Part shown: in pieces, positions 43,089-58,221 of the stretch | Position numbering within the stretch: position 1 is the stretch's first letter | Layout: the number at the start of each line of letters is the position of its first letter | Source of the DNA: the human T2T-CHM13v2.0 reference genome, Homo sapiens | Reading direction: 5' to 3' (one strand) | Assembly (NCBI RefSeq): GCF_009914755.1 | Contig: NC_060931.1 | DNA: 64,000 nucleotides | Program-made: the position numbers and the translations under genes | The notes under the pieces: model-generated | What the model was told of the DNA's origin: nothing | The model's database searches: none | Seen by the model: only the letters and a program-made list of their open reading frames with translations

Positions 43089-43347
43089 GTAAGTTGGTAC
43101 CAGTAGAGTGGGGTGTTCCTGAAAAGATACCTGAAAATGTGGAAGCGACTTTGGAACTGGGTAATAGGCAGAGGTGGGAACAGTTTGGAGGGGTCAGAAG
43201 AAGACAGGAAAATGTGGGAAAGTTTGGAACTTCCTAGAGACTTGTTTAACAGCTTTGCCCAAAACGCTGATAGTGATATGGACGATAAAGTCCAGGCTGA
43301 GGTTGTTTTGAAATGTGAGGACGTGAGATCTGGAGGGGTCAGGGGCA
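43089..43347 (+). mobile_element. THE1-int remnant: first ~215 bp fused to last ~45 bp, no 3' LTR
   Basis: GTAAGTTGGTACCAGTAGAGTGGGG...GTCCAGGCTGAGGT joined to TGTTTTGAAATGTGAGGACGTGAGATCTGGAGGGGTCAGGGGCA; GTGCC TSD at 42730-42734 and 43348-43352. Confidence 0.88.
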
Positions 43348-45849
43348 GTGCCCTTGGAAATAACTTGCTTTGTCGTGCCGTATTGTATCTCTATAGAAAA
43401 ATTAAATGAAAATAGATTTATGTCTGCATTATTGTAATTCCAGCACATTTTCTTATGCTATATTATCATTAAGAAATGCAAGCTCTTACTTTGATATGGA
43501 AAGCTTTAAAAATATTACAGGAAAGTGTCTTAAAAAAGAAACTTTATACATATACATGACTATATATAATGGTACATATTACTCTGTTGTATTATCACAA
43601 TGAACCAGATAATTGTATTATCACAACGAGCCTGTTTTTCTACTTGTTATTTTGGATTTTATTTTGGAACAAAACCTCAGGTACTGAAAAAATTAGAACA
43701 TAAAATGTGGAAGTTCGTGAAATTTGCACGACATACTAATCTATAGCAATACTGTTTTAAAAATATGGAGTGACTTAAAAAGTTTTATATTGTTGGCAAT
43801 GTGAAATAATAAATGTTTTCATTTTTGTTTTCTCCTAAAACACTGTCTGTGGCCAGGGTTTCTACTACAAAGCAATCTGACACATAGATGTGGTTCAATC
43901 CTGAGGCTTTTGTTCTTAAATTGAGAGATATTGTTACATATGCAGGATTATGGTACCATGTTCTTCTTCTCTTGTAAAAAATACATTTGAAGACTGTTTG
44001 TGCAATATGGCCAGTAGCCTATTTGCAGAGGTGAGTGGTTGGGCTGCAAACATAAAGATTATATCTGTGTGTGTGAGGAATTATTTGGTCAGAACATTGG
44101 AAAAATACCTGAAAATGCAAGTGCACATAATTTTAAATCAAGATGCATTTAACACAAAGGAAAAATTTTAAATATTATATGCATTTATGCATGAATTTAG
44201 TTTTGGGGACAATCTAGTAATAATGGTAGAAATAGCTTGACTCATCAAGATGCTTTCTCAAGTTTAAGTTTTTAAACGTTTAAAAAATCTCTCAATAAAC
44301 AGTATAAAAATTGGTGTCAAAAACATGAGTGTGTGTGTGTGTCTGTGTGTTTGTGTATGCTCACACACATTACTTTGAAGGATAATTTGAATAAGACCTT
44401 TTGATTTCAAAAGGAAGAAGTTGGGCAGAAATATTTTCAGACATATGGGCCTTGGTTTAGTGGTTAGGTAAGTGGTGTAGTGGCCATGACTGGTGGTTTT
44501 ACCTTGTTCTCCAAAGCATCTCTTCTCAGTGGTGAGTGTTAATAACTATTTTAATAATTTTTATGTGATTTCTGAGCAAAGTCCCTCCTAATTTATGTGT
44601 TATTTTAAATTTTGCGTGGAAAAAGTTGATGCAGTTGTCTTCATCAATCTTAAACAGTTGAAGAGGTTGTAAACCATTGAAAGAGTTCTAGTTTCTTAAA
44701 AGTAAGTACGTGCTGTCAGAATACTTGTCTATCCTATCAATCATAAATATTAAATTTGTAACAGACTTACAAAGGAACCTCATCTTGCTGATAAAATATT
44801 TACAACGAAAAATACACATTGTACAGTATTTAGTATATATGTAATATAGGAAGAGAGGAGTGCTGGAAAATATGTAGACTATAGAAAATAAGATTACGGA
44901 AATATATATTGTATTATTATATATATAAAATATTCAACGTATAATATTTTGTATATAAACATGTATAATGTTCTTGTAAAGTAGCTATCCAGTATCATGG
45001 GAAGGTTGGATGCCTGGGGAGATTTCTTAGTAAGAAAAAATGACCTCAGGAAATAAAAAAATGAGGCAGCCATGGGCTGAAGTTATATCTGAAGGTATAT
45101 ATTGAGAGGTATCATTTGGTCTGTCAATATTGTTGTTTCAAAAGCCCTAAAGAACTGAGATTAACAGTGGCACTGTATCTGCACATGAACTAAAAAATAT
45201 GGCTATTATTCAAACTAAATAATCTACCTGCAAAAAAAGAGAAAATAGATTTAAATGTGGATCATCATACTTCCTTTATTCTCCACCAAAGTTAATGTTC
45301 ACACAGCAAAAGAGGAGTACAACTTGCAAGAATAATCTCCAAATGATTCAAGCAAATAAACGAATGGACACAACTCTTGTTTAGTAGATATAGCAATGAC
45401 AAATAAGGAAGATATTTCTGAGAGCATTGGTTCTAAGATTTTATGTCGTATAGATTTCTCTTACTTTGGCTAATTTTGCCCAGGATTTAATCCATACAAC
45501 ATAGTGTGCATATAAATAACATTATTACATTTTAAGTTTCTAACAATTTCTAGTAGAATTCTGACCACAAAAATCTAATCGATAAAGTGGAATCAGTAGT
45601 CTCCAAGACTGAAAGTGGTCGCATAAAATGCATCAATTCTTGGTTTTTGTTAACAACTATACAAGCATCTAAATTTTCTGTTAAGCAAAATGGAATCATA
45701 TTTAATGTATGCACTTTTTCTCCTTTTATGCAACAGATATTAATAAATATGTGACCCTTGCATATTTTTGTATCAAAATTTTATCATTGAGAGATATTGC
45801 TTTACAGAAATTATCAGAAAAATGTACGTTAAAAGCATTATTTCTTATG

Positions 45850-46560
45850 AGTCAAATTCGTGAAAAAATTTCTAAGTCAGACAGTTTTTAGGGAGTATAT
45901 GGAGCAAAGGGAATTCTCATGCACCTTATGTAGAGAGATAAATTGGTAACCTTTGGAGTAAAATTTGACTATCTTAGGCAAAGCTGAAGACATATGCATC
46001 CCATGTCCCAACTTATTCCACTTGTGAGCTCTAAAGAGAAATATTTACACAATAAAGAAGGGTGTATATATGAGCTTTATTTTAATGGTAAATATTGGAA
46101 ACATCAAGATATATGTATGCATATATACACACATGTGCACACACACGCACACAATGGAATACTATTCAGCAGTGAAGATAAATAAGCTACAGCTACATGG
46201 ATTAACATTGATGAAACTTGCAAGCATAATTTTGAATGAGAGAGAAAAAAGCTGTAGATGAATATAGGTTTTTAATGTCATTAATATAAGTTAAAATATA
46301 AAAAAATACATTTTTAGTGATAACATTGTTATTCTGTAAATGTAAATAAATGCACACGAATGAGAAACCATAATTTCATAAGAACAATTACCTCTGGGAT
46401 GGAGGAGTTGGGTGGGGAAATGGTATCCACAAACTTTCAAAGATTTTGGTTGTGTTTCATGGCTTAAACAAAGGGGTCAGGACACAAGGATTTGCTACTT
46501 TGTAAAAATATGTTTTTATACATTCTAAATATTAATACAATTATTTTAAAATTTCAAAAG
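45850..46560 (+). mobile_element. Old L1 (L1ME-type) 3' fragment
   Basis: TGGAGCAAAGGGAATTCTCATGCAC...CAATGGAATACTATTCAGCAGTGAAGATAAATAAGCTACAGCTACATG. Confidence 0.7.
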
Positions 46561-46878
46561 AAGTATTGTGTAGAAGCCTGCAGTCAATGTGTGCAGATTC
46601 TTTATTATTCCTTGGAGGTTAGTGACTACATTAAATTCCTAGGTATTTAATAGTTCACGAAAACGGGAAAGGGGGAACAGTTAGATAGAGGGTTACCTTA
46701 AATTGTTGATAGTGGTTTTTTTCCAGGAAAGTCAGAGGTTTATAATAATGTAAAGTGATTTTCATGTTTTGTTCTGTATAACTGAGTTATGTGATTCTTT
46801 TATGATAATACACTTGTGTATTACATAAATAAACAACAAAAGGATAAAAGAGAGGATAAAGTATTCTTACCATGTCTA

Positions 46879-49362
<2,484 letters not shown>

Positions 49363-49425
49363 TATGATGTTAGCTGGTTATTTTGTTCGTTCGTTGATGC
49401 AGTTTCTTCCTAGCATCGATGGTCT

Positions 49426-50451
49426 TTACAATTTGGCATGTTTTTGTAGTGGCTGGTACTGGTTGTTCCTTTCCATGTTTAATGCTTCCTTCAGGAGCTC
49501 TTGTAAGGCAGGCCTGGTGATGACAAAATCTCTCAGCATTTGCTTGTCTGTAAAGGATTTTATTTCTTCTTCACTTATGGAGCTTAGTTTGGCTGGATAT
49601 GAAATTCTGGGTTGAAAATTCTTTTTTTTAAGAATGTTGAATATTGCCCCCCTACTCTCTTCTGGCTTCTAGGGTTTCTGCCAAGAGATCTGCTGTTAGT
49701 CTGATGGGCTTCCCTTTGTAGGTAACCGACCTTTCTCTCTGGCTGCCCTTAACATTTTTTCCATCATTTCAACCTTGGTGAATATGACGATTTTGTGTCT
49801 TGGGGTTGCTCTTCTCGAGGAGTCTTTGTGGCATTCTCTATATTTCCTAAATTTGAATGTTGGCATGCCTTGCTAGGTTGGGGAAGTTCTCCTGGATAAT
49901 ATCCTGAAGAGTGTTTTTGTAGCTTGGTTCCATTCTCCCCGTCACTTTCAGTTACACCAATCAAACGTAGATTTGGTCTTTTCACATAGTCCCGTATTTC
50001 TTGGAGGCTTTGTTCGTTTGTTTTTACTCTTTTTTTCTCTAAACTTCTCTTCTTACTTCATTTCATTAATTTGATCTTCAATCACTGAAACCCTTTCTTC
50101 CACTTGATCGAATCAGCTTTTGAAGCTTGTGCTTGCGTCACGTAGTTCTCGTGCCATGTTTTTCAGCTCTGTCAGGTCATTTAAGGTCTTCTGTATGCTG
50201 TTTACTCCAGTTAGCCATTCTTCTAATCTTCTTTCAAGGTTTTCAGCTTCCTTGCGATGGGTTTGAACATCCTCCTTTAGCTTGGAGAAGTTTGTTATTA
50301 CTGATCTTCTGAAGCCTATTTCTGTCAACTTGTGAAAGTCATTCTCCATCCAGCTTTGTTCCGTTGCTGGCGAGGAGCTGCAATCCTTTGGAGGATAAGA
50401 GGGGTTCTGGTTTTTAGAATTTTCAGCTTTTCTATTCTGGTTTCTCCCCAT
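49426..50451 (-). pseudogene. Disrupted L1 ORF1
   Basis: MGRNQNRKAENSKNQ...SSSPATEQSWMENDF and KRPNLRLIGV fragments; broken by a stop and frameshifts. Confidence 0.95.
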
Positions 50452-51050
50452 CTTTGTGGTTTTATCTACCTTTGGTCTTTGATGATGGTGACCTACAGAT
50501 GGGGTTTTGGTGTGGATGTCCTTTTTGCTGATGTTGATGCTATTCCTTTCTGTTTGTTAGTTTTCCTTGTAACAGTCAGGACCCTTAGCTGCACGTCTGT
50601 TGGAGTTTGCTGGAGGTCCATTTCAGACCCTGTTTGCCTGGGTATCACCAGTGGAGGCTGCAGAACAGCAAATACTGCAGAACAGCAAATGTTGCTCCCT
50701 GATCCTTGCCCTGGAAGCTTTGTCTCAGAGGGGCACCTGGCTGTATGAGGTGTCAGTCAGCCCCTTCTGGGAGGTGTTTCCCAGTTAAGCTACTCGGGGG
50801 TCAGGGACCAACTTCAGGAGACAGTCTGTCCTTTCTCAGTTCTCAAACTCCGTGCTTTGAGAACCACTGGTCTCTTCAACGCTGTCACACAGGGACATTT
50901 AAGTCTGCAGAAGTTTCCGCTGCCTTTTGTTCAGCTATGCCCTCCCCTCAGAGATGGAGTCTACAGAGGCAGGCAGGCCTCATTAGCTGCGGTGGACTCC
51001 ACCCAGTTCGACCTTCCCGGCCACTTTGTTTACCTACTCAAGCCTCAGCA

Positions 51051-51314
51051 ATGGCGGACACCCCTCCCTCAGCCTCACTGCCGCCTCGCAGTTAGATTTC
51101 AGACTGCTGTGCTACCAGTGACCAAGGCTCCATGGGCGTGGGACCCGCCAAGCCATGCACGGGATATAATCTCCTGGTGTGCCGTTTGCTAAGACTGTTG
51201 GAAAAGCGCAGTATTAGGGGGGGAATGTCACAATTTTCCAGGTACTGTCTGTTATGGCTTCCCTTGGCTAGGAAAGGGCATTCCCTGACTCCCTGTGCTT
51301 CCCAGGTGAGGTGA
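51051..51314 (+). pseudogene. L1 ORF0 homologue with a premature stop at codon 15 and an in-frame restart ATG at 51132
   Basis: MADTPPSASLPPRS* then MGVGPAKPCTGYNLLVCRLLRLLEKRSIRGGMSQFSR resemble primate L1 ORF0 as I recall it (MAGAPPPASLPP...GVGPSEPG...EKRNIRVGVTRFSR). Confidence 0.75.
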
Positions 51315-51462
51315 TGCCCTGCCCTGCTTCAGCTCACACTCTGTGGGCTGCACCCACTGTCCAACCAGTCCAATGAACCCGGTACCTCAGTTGGAAAAGC
51401 AGAAATCACCCATCTTCTGTGTTGCTAACGCTGGGAGCTATAGACTGGAGCTGTTCCTTTTT

Positions 51463-51472
51463 GGCCATCTTG
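51463..51472 (-). promoter_or_regulatory. YY1 site of the L1 sense promoter
   Basis: CAAGATGGCC on the minus strand at the L1 5' end. Confidence 0.8.
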
Positions 51473-51589
51473 GAACGAAAATGGCCATTATCTTCAATTA
51501 GGGTGAGTATTACTCATAATTTTCTTCTTTCTGTCTCTATTCTGTTACTTACAGGTACTATTGAATCTTTATTCTAGGTATCTGGCTAG

Positions 51590-52385
51590 GTCCAACCCAA
51601 TGCACAGCCCTAGCTGAGTGTCTGTTTTCTTCATCTGGACCAATGCAACCACTTTATCACTCACAAGCCAGTAGTCTTGCTCTTCTGATCCAATCTCTTC
51701 ATCGCAAATCTTTCTCTAATGAGAATTTGAGTATTTAATTTCTTTACTTAAAACCCTAAAACTCTCATGATGGAACCTAACTCTTTAACATGGTTTAGAA
51801 GCCTCTCAACATTTCTTTCTCCTTCTGACTCTTCATTCCTTACTCCTCAGTTATCTGGCTAAGTCTGGGCCATCACTGAAGGCTTTGGTCATTTGCATTT
51901 TTCCGCAAGATCTGTGAGGATAGAAATTGTGCTTGTACTCTGTTCATCAGTCTATCCCAGGTGCCTGGCACTAGGTAGATGCTCAGTAAATATTTGCTAA
52001 ATGAATATAAGAGTGATCTGGCACAGCTGCATTTCTAGTCATTTCTGTTGCCTGTATCCCCTCAACTTAAACTTTATGTTCCAGTTATATTGAATTTATT
52101 TTCAGTTTTCTGAAGTCATGCCCTCTCTTGTCTTTAGTCCTTTACACATGCTTTTCCCCTACCAGGAGGAACTCTGCCTACGTGCTTTTATAATATAGTT
52201 TTTTATTCCAGCACTTATCAAACTGTTTGGAAAGTTCTAATGCACAAGTCTTTATTTTCCCTGGGCATGTTCTCCATGAACATGAGAACTACATTTTTCC
52301 TTGTTTAATCTCCAGCATCTAGCGGAGTACTAATCTGTGTTATGTGCCTAATATACATTTCTGAGTGCAATAAATGAAAGAGTGA
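51590..52385 (+). mobile_element. L2 LINE fragments (two 3' ends)
   Basis: GTGCCTGGCACTAGGTAGATGCTCAGTAAATATTTGCTAAATGAA at about 51960-52005; second terminus ATCTCCAGCATCTAGC...GTGCCTAATATACATTTC. Confidence 0.65.
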
Positions 52386-52757
52386 GGAAACAAATGAATA
52401 CACGGAAGAAATGCATATAAGATTAAAAAATATGTTAAGGTTATCTATGATATGATGAAAATGATGATATATTTACATAGGAGAAAAGTCTGAAAAGTTT
52501 CTAAAATGTCAGCATGACCAGGTGAGTGATGAGACTGGGGTGATTTATTCTCCTACCTATATTTCTAAGTTTCTTTAATGTACATTATTAATTTTATAAT
52601 ATTTCAAAATATTTGGAAAACTGAAGAAAAGCACAATATAAATATAACTGGTGAATGCACCAATATCATTAAATATGTTGATGCTCTTAATGAATAGACA
52701 TATTTATAATTGCCTTTACAATTTCTGTTAAATGAGAGAACATCTGGGAGTTACCTG

Positions 52758-52798
52758 AAAAAAAAAAAACAAAAAAAAAAAAAAACAAAAAAAAACAA
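52758..52798. repeat. Isolated A-tract (A12-C-A15-C-A9-C-AA) not attached to an Alu or L1
   Basis: Read directly from the sequence. Confidence 0.9.
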
Positions 52799-53794
52799 GG
52801 TAGGAAATCAAACTCTGCATACGTAGATTTCAATTTTATTTTCTTTTTCTGCTAGGTATATGAGTTTGAGATTATATCTGTCCTTCACTTGTGTGAACAG
52901 GCAGAGTTAGACAACAAAAAGCCTCCTTGTCAAACAGAAAGGTATAAACACACTAGATTGCACAAGCAGAACCTGACTTCCTTTCAGGCTGATCCATGTA
53001 CTTAATGAAGTACACGTGAAAACTCAGCCGGGAACTCGACAAGTCTGTACAGTTCATCCTATGTGAAACTGACTTAAATATCTTTGTACGATTCGAAGAG
53101 TTATTTGCCTGTGGGCTCTTCTAAGAACGATTTGAAAATACGAGTTATCTACTCATGTACAATCCACCAAAATCTTGACATCTTGAGATATCCCCGTTTA
53201 TTCCTGTAGGGATATTCCAGAAGCCAGAATGACTTTATCTGCTTAAGAACATGGATAATATCAATGAGACAAAAAGAGCCAGATAAAGGTTTTCAGGTTT
53301 TATACAGCATGCCTCCTTCTCAAGATACTTAAATATTTTAGAAAATATGTTTATAAATATGTCAACTAGGATATGAGTTCTTATCCAATTTGATTCAAAA
53401 CAGACAGATTTATATGAAATTTTCACTCTCTTGTTCTCTTAGGGTTTTATAATTCAGTGCCAATTATTGGCTGGGATCCAAATCTTTCTCTCTGCCTATA
53501 TCATGTACTAGACTAGTTGGTTAAGCATATACAAACATAAAATACCCCTCTCTTTTAAAAGTGAGCATCCAGCCACACTTTTATAACTGTTACACACGTT
53601 AATAACCATTTGTTAATAAACACTAAGTGGTTTTTGACAAAAAATCTATTTTTAACCACTTTAAATATTTTGAAATGAACTACTTCTCCAATGGAGGAAT
53701 GTAGAAGTTTAAGTGAACTTAGAAAGGAATGTGGCATTTTAAACAGGTACATTCCTTCTTTCGTGATTTAGGTGGCCTTTAGATAGAATGTAGG

Positions 53795-54020
53795 TCACAG
53801 TAAGAAAAAACACTGCCTTTTTACTTAAACAATAATTAAGTTCTAGCCTTCCTCGTAACTTGACCTTGGACAAGTCACTTAATGCAGAGTCTGCTGTGTT
53901 CACCTTTAAGATGGGACAGTGACATCTGTTTTTCTCACTTTACAGGATGAGTGCAAGGATAAGTGAATTATTGTAGGCGAAAGTGCTTGGCAAGTAGTTA
54001 AGCCCTATAAAAATTTCAAG
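53795..54020 (+). mobile_element. MIR SINE
   Basis: TGACCTTGGACAAGTCACTTAA...TTTAAGATGGG...ACAGGATGAGTGCAAGGATAAGTGA...AAAGTGCTTGG. Confidence 0.7.
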
Positions 54021-54428
54021 GCAGACATGATGTTAGCTATGTCAACAATAGCTTGTTTGGATTTCCTCAGCTGGATTTTTTGCTTTGCCAGCTTGTTTTG
54101 GCTCAAGCAATAATTAACCTAGACCTTAACGAGAGAGTTGGACTTGGAATAAAGACCACAAAACAGATAAGCAGATATGTATTCCAAGTCTTCAGTGGTC
54201 AGAAATAGCTGCCACCTGGGTAGTTCCAGGACATTTATTACCCTATCTTGGACTTGGCTGGAAATAGGTTACCTTAGATTCCCATCCACCCACTGTCTTT
54301 GTGGGGGATAGCGTGAAGAATTCTATATGTGCCTATATACTAGATACCAAGCAGCCTTATAAAAATGGCTTGGGGTTTTACATTTGACATATATGCCATA
54401 TATATGTATGTCATATATATCATATATA

Positions 54429-54823
54429 TGATATATAGTTTGTCTCTGTTCCCACCTAAATATCATTTCAAATTGTAATCTCCACATGTCAAAAGAGGGA
54501 CCTGTAATACCCACATGTGGAACTGGGGAAGTAATTGGATTATAGGGGTGGTTTTTCCCATGCTGTTCTTGTGATAGTGAGAGAATTCTCATGAGATCTG
54601 ATGGTCTTATAAGTGGCAGTTTTTCCTGCACCCTCACACTCTCTTATCTCTCATCTGCCACCATGTAAGATGTGCTTTTGCTTTTCCTCTCCTTCCACCA
54701 TGATTGTAAGTTTCCTGAGGCCTCTCCGGCCATACAGAGCTGTGAGTAAATTAAGCCTTCTTCCTTTACAAATTATCTAGTCTTGGGTATTTCTTTATAG
54801 TAGTGTGAGAATGAACTAACACA
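54429..54823 (+). mobile_element. MaLR solo LTR (THE1D-like)
   Basis: CCCATGCTGTTCTTGTGATAGTGAGAGAATTCTCATGAGATCTGATGG...CCATGATTGTAAGTTTCCTGAGGCC...GAACTAACACA; only 1 CpG. Confidence 0.9.
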
Positions 54824-55583
54824 GCATATCTATCTATCTCCTGAACCTTACATTCCATTAGATATTGACATTCCATTAGATAAATATGATAGATGTTATA
54901 CCTGTTTTATCACTAAGGAAATCCAGACAGTAGAAAAGTGACTGCTCTAAGACACCAAGTCAGTTGTTTATTTTTGTTGTAGATGATCTTGGGTAAAATG
55001 GAGGGAGGATTAGACTTCAAATGCCTAAATTAAAATAAATTTTCTTATTTCACACTGTATTACAGCTTTGTGATTTTGCAATATTTTCACACATTTTTTA
55101 CTGTGCTGTCCCCTTTACCTGTCTTATCTAACTCCCTTCCTTACCAAATACCTCTTTTCCAGCAGCAGGAACATTACCTTCTCAGAGAAACATTCCCACC
55201 TGTGGTTAGGCCTCCTACCTGCACTCATCCTTCGAATGAAATAAAGCCTTGATCATATACCATTGTTTGTTGGTTTGCTTCTGACTCACCCACTGCTCTG
55301 TGAAAGCCTTGATCATTCATAGAACAAAATGCATAGTGCATAAATAAATGAAGTTTCCATGTTACGAGTAACAATGTAGATTTGGTTCTTAAGACCTAGC
55401 TATAGTTTCTGCTAAATTACCAACACTGGTTAGCTCTTCTTTTCCCAACATTTGTGGATATTCCCAAATTTTTACATACTCACTGTTGTCTTCAGTAATA
55501 ATCTTAATATAAGCAGGAGGGGTTTTCAAGGAGTTTTAGCCTGATTATCTATATTTTACCTTTACCTTTGTCATTTAGACTAG

Positions 55584-56044
<461 letters not shown>

Positions 56045-57583
56045 AAACTTTTTTTTAATATTCTAAAATTCTTCCAGGAATTTCCCCACTTTTGTATAAT
56101 ATTTTTTTCCTCTCACTCAAGCCTAGTGGTCATGGGCTTTGCTTTCTAAGAAAATATTTTCCTAATGCTGATTGTGTCTCTTCCTTTAGGCATTTTAAAA
56201 TCTAATCTATGCGTGGATTCTCTGTCATCAATTTTATATTGACTAATTTGTATTGAACTTCTTGAATGCCTTCCCTTCTATTCCACACGTTACCTTTTTG
56301 CCTAGACTATCTTTGGTCAGTGAATGAAAATAACCACACTGATCTTTAGAGCCAAAACTCAAGATTCATCTTCCCAGGAATGTTTCACAATTCACACACT
56401 GACTTTTAAGTGTATCCTTTGTCCACAGGACTTTATTTATTCCGCCTAGATCCTTGGACTTGGCCTGGCAAGTTTAGCTTACTTCTAAATTCTCTTCACC
56501 CCAGCCATAACACATTCATATACAGCAGTACATCCACTTATGGAGCATGCATAGAACCAATAGCCTACTTATAACAATGGGAGGGAAATAATATAAAAAT
56601 GTAGGAAAATTTTCTTCCAGAGAATCTCCTTCATTTTTAAGTATATCTGAGATCAAATAATTAATCCCATCAAATAGTCTCATCTGTGTGATTAGCAAAA
56701 TTCATAAAAATAATACTTCATTGGACAATTTAGGTTAGTCATATGTAAATTGATCTTTCAATTATTCAAATAGTGTAAATGTACTATGAAATAATTTTTA
56801 GAGGGCAGTTTAATAGTTTGACTTACTAGATTCAGGAAAATAAATTGTTGATATGACATTAAAATACATATCTAAAATAATTATTTGGTATTAAGTGTAT
56901 TCTGTACCTACATCAGTGAAGAAAGTGAATTCACATAATCTTTTCAATCACAAAGATACATTTTTACACATGTAAATACCCCTTTTGAGTCATCGTAGAG
57001 AAATAAAATGTATTTTTTGTGGTTAACTTAAATTTATATTTCTATTTTAGGAACTTGTTTAATTCTATAAACTTCTATAATTTTTCTTATCTAAGGCTAA
57101 AATGTTTTCTGGGTAGTTCACAATTCTGATATAAAAACTGGAGATTTATTCTCAACAACTATCATAATTTTTTTTTGATAATCCAATTTAATGGTATAAG
57201 TTTGGAAAGACTTATTTTATATATCATGTACTTCAAATGGTCTTTGTGGTCATCCTCTTTCACAAGAATATTTTCTATTGCCAAGAGAAATGTAATAAAA
57301 GTAAACATAATATGCAAAATAATGTGCCTGCTTTGCCACTGGATTCATGGCAAGAAGCCAGTTAGTATTTACTGTGTTTTTCTTCTTATGGGTAGATAAA
57401 ATCTGAAGCCACGTAAGTAAGATAATGCAAAAATTATACGTTTATTTACTCCTAGTGTGGTTCTTTAATTTGTTTTTAAAATTCCTTTGGAAGACCAGTA
57501 TCCTTGGGAAAGTTAAAACTCAGGAGTGGTGAATTCTATAAAGAAGCAATTGTGTAGGTATCCCTAAATAATTTCATGTTTCT

Positions 57584-57758
57584 CACAAAAAAATTAGCCA
57601 GGGGGGCACCTGTAATCCCAGCTACTCAGGAGGCTGAGGCAGGAAAATCGCTTGAACCAGGGAGGTGGGTGTTGCAGGGAATTGAGATCGCACCATTGCA
57701 CTCCAGGCTGGGCGACAAGAATGAGACTCAGTCTCAAAATAGTGATAATAATAATAAT
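57584..57758 (+). mobile_element. 5'-truncated Alu (linker plus right monomer) with a (TAA)n tail
   Basis: CAAAAAAATTAGCCAGG...GGCGACAAGA; perfect 17-bp TSD AATAATTTCATGTTTCT at 57567-57583 and 57759-57775. Confidence 0.93.
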
Positions 57759-57870
57759 AATAATTTCATGTTTCTGTAAGATTCTCCAATCATTTACCAG
57801 TTAGAGCATTTAAGGATTATTTTAAATTTAAGAAGTCTTAATATATTTTAGCTTTATCTTAGTTGAATAA

Positions 57871-58221
<351 letters not shown>

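Noticed and set aside
43113-43409. 98-aa ORF (EGSEEDRKMWESLELPRD)
   Set aside because: THE1 internal sequence running into flanking DNA; it starts at GTG and is not a host gene.
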